In this document: positions 61,801-64,000 of the stretch, piece by piece | Layout: the number at the start of each line of letters is the position of its first letter | How positions within the stretch are numbered: position 1 is the first letter of the stretch | Source of the DNA: Mytilus californianus | Taxonomy: Eukaryota | Assembly: GCF_021869535.1 (NCBI RefSeq) | Contig: NW_026262672.1 | Location: forward strand, 1,116,001 to 1,180,000 | Direction of reading: 5' to 3' | DNA length: 64,000 bases | Position numbers and translations under genes: made by a program | The notes under the pieces: model-generated | Told to the model about the DNA's origin: nothing | The model's database searches: none | Seen by the model: the letters and a program-made list of their open reading frames with translations, nothing else

Positions 61801-63463
61801 ATAAAGGATCATGCATTTATCAATACCATTAAATGTGTTTAATTTAAACAATTGTGCATTCATGTATCTGCCACTACCAAGAAAAATATATTAGAATCAG
61901 TCAACATTATTTCTATAAAATCATGTTTTTATAAATGCTTCAGAGAGAACCTGACTCTAATAGCACAAAGCAAGAAATACAAAACGAGAGTAATAACAGG
62001 ATAACTCAAGAGGTATGTAAACAAACATATTCTTTAAAAAAAAAAGGCAGAAGATAAACTAATAACACCAAGCAAAACAAAAAAACAGACGACTCCACAA
62101 AACACTACATAGCAAACTAAAGATTGAGCAACACGAACCCCACAAAAAGTCTGGGGGTAAGTTTAGGTGCTACGGCAAGGTAAGCAGTTCCTGTTCCATA
62201 TGTTGCCTGTACCAAATCAGAGATATGGCTGTTGTTTTGCACTTGTTCCGTTGATTGATAGCATTTGTTTTTGATTTTTGGACTTTGCCTTTTTGAACTT
62301 GCCTTGAAGTTCGGTATTTTTTGTTTTTTTTTTACTTTTTTGCATCCGTCATGTTGTTTGTGCAAGTGCATATCCTTGTTTCCTACAATTATGTTATGTG
62401 TAAACGATTTTCCAGTAAAAAAATCCTCATATTATCAAAATTGTTGAAGTTTTAGCGGTATAAAAATTAATATTGACATTACACAAATCTGTGTGCATGT
62501 TATACATAAATCTGTGTGCATGCTATACACAAATCTGTGTGCATGTTATACACAAATCTATGTGCAAAACATTACTGTGTAAATTTCAGTCTTCACATTG
62601 TTGCTATAAACATTTGTGCAAAGTTCTCGTGTCAACAGTATAGGTTTTGTTATCACTTTTCAGCGTAGTTATGTGCCTTTTTTATGTTAACTATTATGCA
62701 TATATTTATTCGTTTATTAATAAAAAAAAAAAAAAAAAAATATTATTTGTTTATTTTTTAATTGTATTTTTGTACAAATATAATGTATACATATGAGTTT
62801 GTCACTGTAAAATCTTAATCTAAATGTTATTACAATAGAGAAGACTACATTTACTCGGAATATGTTATTACAATAAAGAAGACTACATTTACTCGGAATA
62901 TGTTATTACAATAAAGAAGACTACATTTACTCGGAATATGTTACTACAATAAAGAAGACTACATTTACTCGGAATATGTTATTACAATAAAGAAGACTAA
63001 ATTTACTCGGAATATGTTATTACAATAAAGAAGACTACATTTACTCGGAATATGTTACTACAATAAAGAAGACTACATTTACTCGGAATATGTTATTACA
63101 AAACAGAAGACTACATTTACTCGGAATATGTTATTACAATAAAGAAGACTACATTTACTCGGAATATGTTTGATTATCTATTATCATTTTGCAGATAATC
63201 AACAGACTTAAAAATCTGGAAGGTAGCTTAACAGAATTAAAGGATACAAAGAAAATGGTTTGTAGTTTAAATAATTTAATTAAATTTTTTGTTTCTGATA
63301 TTTTTGACATTTGACTTCAAATGCAATTGGCATCATGCTCATTCATAAGATAATGGTTTTCACTCTTGTTTACTTTAACGTTCAATGAAAAAAAAGACAG
63401 GATTAAATTAACCGTTAAAACAAAAGGATTGTTGTTGTTTGTGCTGCACAGTATGACCGCTGA
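21885..63463 (+). CDS. TRPM: Divergent TRPM-family (melastatin-like) cation channel gene, about 29-30 exons, about 980-1000 aa (span of the gene model)
   Basis: 25 phase-compatible GT-AG exons from 25565 to 63257 give 945 stop-free codons with TRPM landmarks: FVENDTVKKILKKMWYG, LPFMKIFIHS, S2 ETKQ, S3 DWWNIAD, LGPKLIIIRMM, YWILFGEV, pore-loop C..C, LNLLIAMYS and a C-terminal heptad segment. The 5' exons and last exon are uncertain; the ortholog cannot be assigned. Confidence 0.85.
21936..21942 (+). CDS. Candidate start-codon exon of the TRPM-like gene (ATG GCT G; exon from 21885)
   Basis: Acceptor cttatag at 21884 and strong donor G|gtaagt at 21943, with ATG 7 nt before the donor. Confidence 0.45.
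22368..22481. repeat. About 18-bp minisatellite (AGACAACATATATATCCA), resuming at about 22696-22735
   Basis: About six visible units, interrupted by the 214-bp element. Confidence 0.8.
22482..22695 (+). mobile_element. 214-bp interspersed element without TIRs, 8-bp TSD
   Basis: CAGCAGGGTTTAAGAAC...TTTAGACTTGTT flanked by TAAGACAA (22474-22481 and 22696-22703); a near-identical inverted copy at 45380-45594. Confidence 0.75.
22891..22918 (+). CDS. Candidate TRPM-like N-terminal micro-exon (EILKRRSLH)
   Basis: actttcag acceptor, AA|gtaagt donor, open in phase 1 after ATG GCT G. Confidence 0.4.
24446..24498 (+). CDS. Candidate TRPM-like N-terminal exon (reading frame ambiguous)
   Basis: gtttcag acceptor, TTG|gtatgg donor; open in two frames (SYRINAWFDGYRLDYQI or VIELMPGSTDTDWITKL). 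Confidence 0.45.
24583..24602 (+). CDS. Candidate TRPM-like micro-exon (AETKCIK); alternative acceptor at 24555
   Basis: ttacag acceptor and AAA|gtacgt donor; links in frame to the 25565 exon. Confidence 0.35.
25565..25609 (+). CDS. TRPM-like exon (ESESEDEGRRKTKNL)
   Basis: tcttttccag acceptor, TTG|gtaagt donor, phase 0-0. Confidence 0.65.
27402..27498 (+). CDS. TRPM-like exon (EIQGHKSVGG...KRQYIEG)
   Basis: tttttaacag acceptor, GAAG|gtattg donor, open, phase 0-1; alternative upstream donors are possible. Confidence 0.55.
27825..28380 (+). mobile_element. Second Penelope-like subfamily fragment (RT thumb plus 3' repeat)
   Basis: DFSFPIVNFPILCSNIPAATAYGVYISQLIRYSR, followed by GGGTGCCACATGTGGAGCAGGATCTGCTTAC... 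The 3' repeat also occurs at 50855-51080 (+), 37560-37790 (-) and 62040-62200 (-). Confidence 0.8.
28820..29745 (+). mobile_element. Penelope-like element 3' fragment (same subfamily as 18590-19640)
   Basis: YDKRDDFNFETINFSHL..., AYGIYISQLIRYSR and ...HDGLEV*, followed by the complete family-B 3' region. Confidence 0.8.
29927..29979 (+). CDS. TRPM-like exon (GDCGMCIVEFGDGFAQKK)
   Basis: atttctag acceptor, AAG|gtagag donor, phase 1-0; loosely resembles the TRPM G-I-F-G motif before MHR1. Confidence 0.6.
32163..32298 (+). CDS. TRPM-like exon (IEVICWES...LHKPLTCLIFAN...VISFA)
   Basis: tatctatag acceptor, A|gtaagt donor, 45 open codons, phase 0-1. Confidence 0.75.
33380..33735. repeat. Diverged tandem duplication, about 183-bp period
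   Basis: CCATCGTT(A/T)AAAGAAAAAGTTGAGA(C/T)GTAAAACTATG and TTCTATCAAAGTT each occur twice, about 183 bp apart. Confidence 0.6.
33747..34414. mobile_element. Possible Kolobok-like non-autonomous element (TTAA|GG...CC|TTAA)
   Basis: TTAA at 33743-33746 and 34415-34418 with GG/CC termini and a CpG-richer interior; the TIR similarity is weak. Confidence 0.4.
35510..35616 (+). CDS. TRPM-like exon (in-frame alternative acceptor at 35540)
   Basis: ttctttcag or ttttgtag acceptor, ATG|gtacgt donor, phase 1-0; ...GTRVLLICDSTDIAFIHYKTDKAIIM. Confidence 0.7.
35798..35897 (+). CDS. TRPM-like exon (ELVKQGFRRFERVDINGSWKPG...)
   Basis: ttttcttag acceptor, T|gtatgt donor, phase 0-1. Confidence 0.75.
35998..36042 (+). 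CDS. TRPM-like exon (LKGAWLNLNKHFWGF)
   Basis: tttttcag acceptor, G|gtaggc donor, phase 1-1; GAW recalls the TRPM GAWI motif. Confidence 0.7.
36758..36849 (+). CDS. TRPM-like exon (DFFGLYVVPVIIPIG...IPIIRLK)
   Basis: aaag acceptor, AAG|gtaaaa donor, phase 1-0, open. Confidence 0.7.
37244..37436 (+). CDS. TRPM-like exon (NDMSDVSVLWPED...QMLIR)
   Basis: ataccag acceptor, AG|gtatat donor, phase 0-1; matches ORF 37250-37453. Confidence 0.8.
38191..38225 (+). CDS. TRPM-like micro-exon (VYMDEDLAEQTF)
   Basis: atttctag acceptor, TTT|gtaagt donor, phase 1-0. Confidence 0.7.
39554..39630 (+). CDS. TRPM-like exon (KEIHAYNHTALFMYLLKNGEWNIPK)
   Basis: tgtttcag acceptor; AA|gtacat donor chosen for phase 2 (a later donor at GAG|gtgaag is possible); aligns by eye with TRPM 'RVDFVKLLIENG'. 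Confidence 0.65.
39918..40510 (+). repeat. 60-bp (and 49-bp variant) minisatellite ending at a splice acceptor
   Basis: Unit TAACCAATCTTTACATATTTAACTTGATACTGTACTGCTTTACTTTATAATGAATTGGCC; about 10 near-identical units. Confidence 0.95.
40512..40606 (+). CDS. TRPM-like exon (VYFKKEYEYIKELWSNQK...PDHK)
   Basis: atatttag acceptor (alternative aaag about 16 nt downstream), AG|gtttgt donor, phase 2-1; KELW recalls TRPM EELY. Confidence 0.7.
42679..42800 (+). CDS. TRPM-like exon (GFTGPEAKLMN...LVFLALLHKQYWIGAQQLVDLEY)
   Basis: ttttaaaag acceptor, TAT|gtaagt donor, phase 1-0; corresponds to the TRPM 'ELFIWAVL' helix. Confidence 0.8.
43415..43582. mobile_element. Short GGCGGATCCAG-family MITE with 5-bp TSD (ATAAG)
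   Basis: TAGTGGCGGATCCAG...CTAAATCCGTCTCTG; ATAAG at 43410-43414 and 43583-43587. Confidence 0.75.
44271..44312 (-). ncRNA. Type I hammerhead ribozyme motif (family 1), downstream copy
   Basis: - strand GCGTTC-CTGATGA-AGG(TAAAT)CCA-GAAA-AGCGCTTC-GGACGC: 6-bp stem I, palindromic AAGCGCTT stem III, UUC cleavage triplet (C17 = 44277). Confidence 0.85.
44624..44665 (-). ncRNA. Type I hammerhead ribozyme motif (family 1), upstream copy
   Basis: Identical to 44271-44312 except GCGTTT in stem I (a G-U pair); C17 = 44630. Confidence 0.85.
44955..45240. repeat. ACGAT/AACGA-rich tract related to 8470-8820
   Basis: Same short words and a similar ...TTACGTTA end. Confidence 0.45.
45380..45594 (-). mobile_element. 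Second copy of the 214-bp element
   Basis: Reverse complement of 22482-22695, roughly 90% identical by eye; abuts a (TA)n tract. Confidence 0.75.
45739..45842 (+). CDS. TRPM-like exon (IGNHHLLVGCAILEDE...LKEKLQRLK)
   Basis: tcattcag acceptor, AA|gtaatg donor, phase 0-2. Confidence 0.8.
46850..47120 (+). CDS. TRPM-like MHR4/pre-S1 exon (...DAINSKNQNFVENDTVKKILKKMWYG...)
   Basis: ttcaag acceptor, ACG|gtaagt donor, phase 2-0; matches the TRPM 'A....F..H..VQ..L...W.G' pattern. Confidence 0.9.
47540..47710 (+). mobile_element. Decayed family-2 retrozyme fragment
   Basis: CACTGCTAAGACTTTTGTAGATGAAACGCGCGTCTG: stem III GAAACGCGCGTC intact, CUGAUGA core mutated. Related decayed pieces at about 44700-44830, 54670-54740 and (- strand) 12990-13130. 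Confidence 0.65.
47798..47889 (+). CDS. TRPM-like pre-S1 exon (TFWYIVLFSVHLFVMPLL...)
   Basis: gttttcag acceptor, TG|gtaaga donor, phase 0-2. Confidence 0.85.
49149..49197 (+). CDS. TRPM-like exon (WFYKKYKLPFMKIFIHS)
   Basis: tatttcag acceptor, TCG|gtatga donor; corresponds to TRPM 'F...P..KF' before S1. Confidence 0.85.
49942..50073 (+). CDS. TRPM-like S1-S2 exon (LEFTFLLLAYAYMLLFDY...FVNETKQ)
   Basis: ttacag acceptor, CAG|gtgacc donor; two hydrophobic helices; ExxQ Ca2+ ligands. Confidence 0.9.
50855..51080 (+). repeat. 3' repeat of Penelope-like subfamily 2
   Basis: ACGACGGGTGCCACATGTGGAGCAAGATCTACTTACCC... matches 28150-28380. Confidence 0.8.
51185..51342. repeat. 21-bp minisatellite (GTGTGTAATAGTTTATAGAAG)
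   Basis: About 7 units ending about 47 nt upstream of the 51389 exon; the source of the periodic ORF 51247-51435. Confidence 0.85.
51389..51634 (+). CDS. TRPM-like S3-S4 exon (...RDWWNIADCILII...RLLSLYYINEFLGPKLIIIRMM)
   Basis: tgttttag acceptor, ATG|gtatgt donor, 82 open codons; LGPK linker diagnostic of TRPM. Confidence 0.92.
51830..52075 (-). repeat. SINE-like family D core
   Basis: GCAACAGGCC...GTTGCAAGGGTTCTAAACGTGC...CGGATTTAACATCCCC...GTGACCATATTTCTATT. Confidence 0.7.
52486..52660 (+). CDS. TRPM-like S5 and pore-helix exon (...FWYSVSFYALLYP...GYWILFGEVNL)
   Basis: aatttcag acceptor, T|gtaaga donor; FGEV filter is comparable to TRPM YGEV/FGQI. Confidence 0.92.
54065..54233 (+). CDS. 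TRPM-like pore-loop and S6 exon (EPNCTFNKT...SRCPT...MLNLLIAMY)
   Basis: atcttag acceptor, AG|gtataa donor; cysteine pair and NLLIAM. Confidence 0.92.
55081..55313 (+). CDS. TRPM-like TRP-helix exon (SNIFEDVHTKSMIYWSELQTSFLEEYS...)
   Basis: aatttcag acceptor, AG|gtatgg donor, phase 2-1. Confidence 0.88.
55740..56172 (-). repeat. Longest copy of SINE-like family D (Meta-domain-like core, (CAAT)n tail)
   Basis: The + strand starts (TTGA)n, i.e. a (TCAA)n tail on the - strand. The core GCAAGGGTTCCTAACGT...GAATTTAACGTCCC resembles the Meta domain of metazoan SINEs from memory. No clear tRNA head seen. Confidence 0.55.
56757..56835 (+). CDS. TRPM-like C-terminal exon (VFLFDSNYDLQLKSTEAEETKAQNDQG)
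   Basis: actttcag acceptor, GG|gtaaat donor, phase 1-2. Confidence 0.7.
57967..57991 (+). CDS. 25-nt TRPM-like micro-exon (KIDVNTVT)
   Basis: Long T tract and ttgcag acceptor, ACG|gtaaac donor; phase 2-0 restores the frame to the next exon. Confidence 0.65.
58215..58470 (+). mobile_element. Partial family-1 retrozyme copy (hammerhead at 58405-58446, core C3 to A)
   Basis: GCGTTC-ATGATGA-AGGTAAATCTA-GAAA-AGCGCTTC-GGACGC. Confidence 0.75.
58778..61134. repeat. About 2.35-kb satellite array, 50-bp monomer with 38-bp variants
   Basis: Consensus AAAAACTGAGATAATCGGTGTAGTAATCGGTGTGTCGTTAAGCAATGAAC with an internal 12-bp subrepeat; about 48 units. Confidence 0.95.
61270..61775 (+). mobile_element. 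Older family-1 retrozyme copy with two degenerate hammerheads
   Basis: Cores at 61338 (CTGATGA...GAAAAGCTCTTC) and 61713 (CTGGCGA...GAAAAGCGCTTC), 375 nt apart; the interior matches the reverse complement of 44340-44590 plus a poly-T/poly-G expansion. Confidence 0.75.
62480..62566. repeat. 23-bp minisatellite (ACACAAATCTGTGTGCATGTTAT)
   Basis: About 3.7 units. Confidence 0.8.
62824..63170. repeat. 38-bp minisatellite (ATGTTATTACAATAAAGAAGACTACATTTACTCGGAAT x9)
   Basis: Nine near-identical units ending 24 nt upstream of the 63195 exon. Confidence 0.95.
63195..63257 (+). CDS. TRPM-like coiled-coil exon (IINRLKNLEGSLTELKDTKKM)
   Basis: cattttgcag acceptor, ATG|gtttgt donor; heptad pattern typical of the TRPM C-terminal coiled coil. 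Confidence 0.7.
63452..63463 (+). CDS. Candidate last coding exon (YDR*)
   Basis: gtgctgcacag acceptor gives TAT GAC CGC TGA in phase 0; other acceptors or exons beyond the window cannot be excluded. Confidence 0.3.
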   Translation, partial: YDR

Positions 63464-64000
63464 GATCAAGGACGCAAACGAAGAAAAATGCAAGAGAATA
63501 TTTTGGATAGAGGAATTCACCTAAAAACCCCACAGAGAGTTGTTGAAAGAGTTATTTGAAAATGGCCCTGTGTATTTATACATATCGCACAGCCAAATGA
63601 ACGTCCCACTTTAGTGAAGGTTTTAATTTAGGATCTGGTGAATTATTCGGATGACCGTAAATATTAACCCGAGTCTTGCTTTCTTTTACTTTTTATTGAT
63701 ATAATATATTTTCCATTCAGCATATTGTATTTCGATTTGATATTAGACAAAAAAAACCTTGAAAAAGGTAACCATCTATTACTTCATAATAACATATACA
63801 ATTTTGTTTTTATCCTGTACGAACTAAGGTTGACTAAAATCAAAACTTTTTCATACGTATCTGTTTAATTATTTGCAGACTCGTGACTGTGTTATTTCAT
63901 TGTATTTTAACAGTTGATAAATTAGCTGCAACTTAAAGCACATATCTGTCCAATAAGGAAACACTTTCATAACTTCTCAATAGACATTCTAATTGATTTC

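Noticed and set aside
78-63520. Most 60-100 aa ORFs in the supplied track
   Set aside because: Low-complexity F/L/I/K-rich translations expected from AT-rich DNA, antisense shadows of real exons, or repeat-derived frames; no recognisable domains.

Overview
AT-rich eukaryotic genomic DNA, most likely from a bivalve such as Mytilus; this is inferred from the repeat landscape and hammerhead retrozymes, not from a database search. The window is dominated by one long, multi-exon, + strand gene for a highly divergent TRPM-family cation channel. I hand-spliced 25 consecutive GT-AG exons from 25565 to 63257 (2835 nt, 945 codons) that stay in frame with no stop. There are also uncertain 5' exons from about 21885 and an uncertain last exon at about 63452. 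The predicted protein keeps the TRPM S2/S3 Ca2+ site, the S4-S5 linker, the pore helix, the pore-loop cysteine pair and S6. Its TRP box is degenerate, its N-terminus is short and diverged, and no C-terminal enzyme domain is visible. Introns and flanks are full of mobile DNA: a three-level nested insertion (5-bp-TSD element > 65-bp-TIR element > young CR1-group LINE fragment), Penelope-like RT fragments, SINE-like repeats, a Helentron-type element and several minisatellites. Two families of type I hammerhead ribozyme motifs are present, including a near-perfect 353-nt retrozyme unit bounded by two ribozymes (44240-44699, - strand). One minisatellite forms a 613-nt AG-free array of branch-point-like motifs ending exactly at a predicted splice acceptor. 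Most ORFs in the supplied track are spurious. All calls are by eye, without alignment tools.
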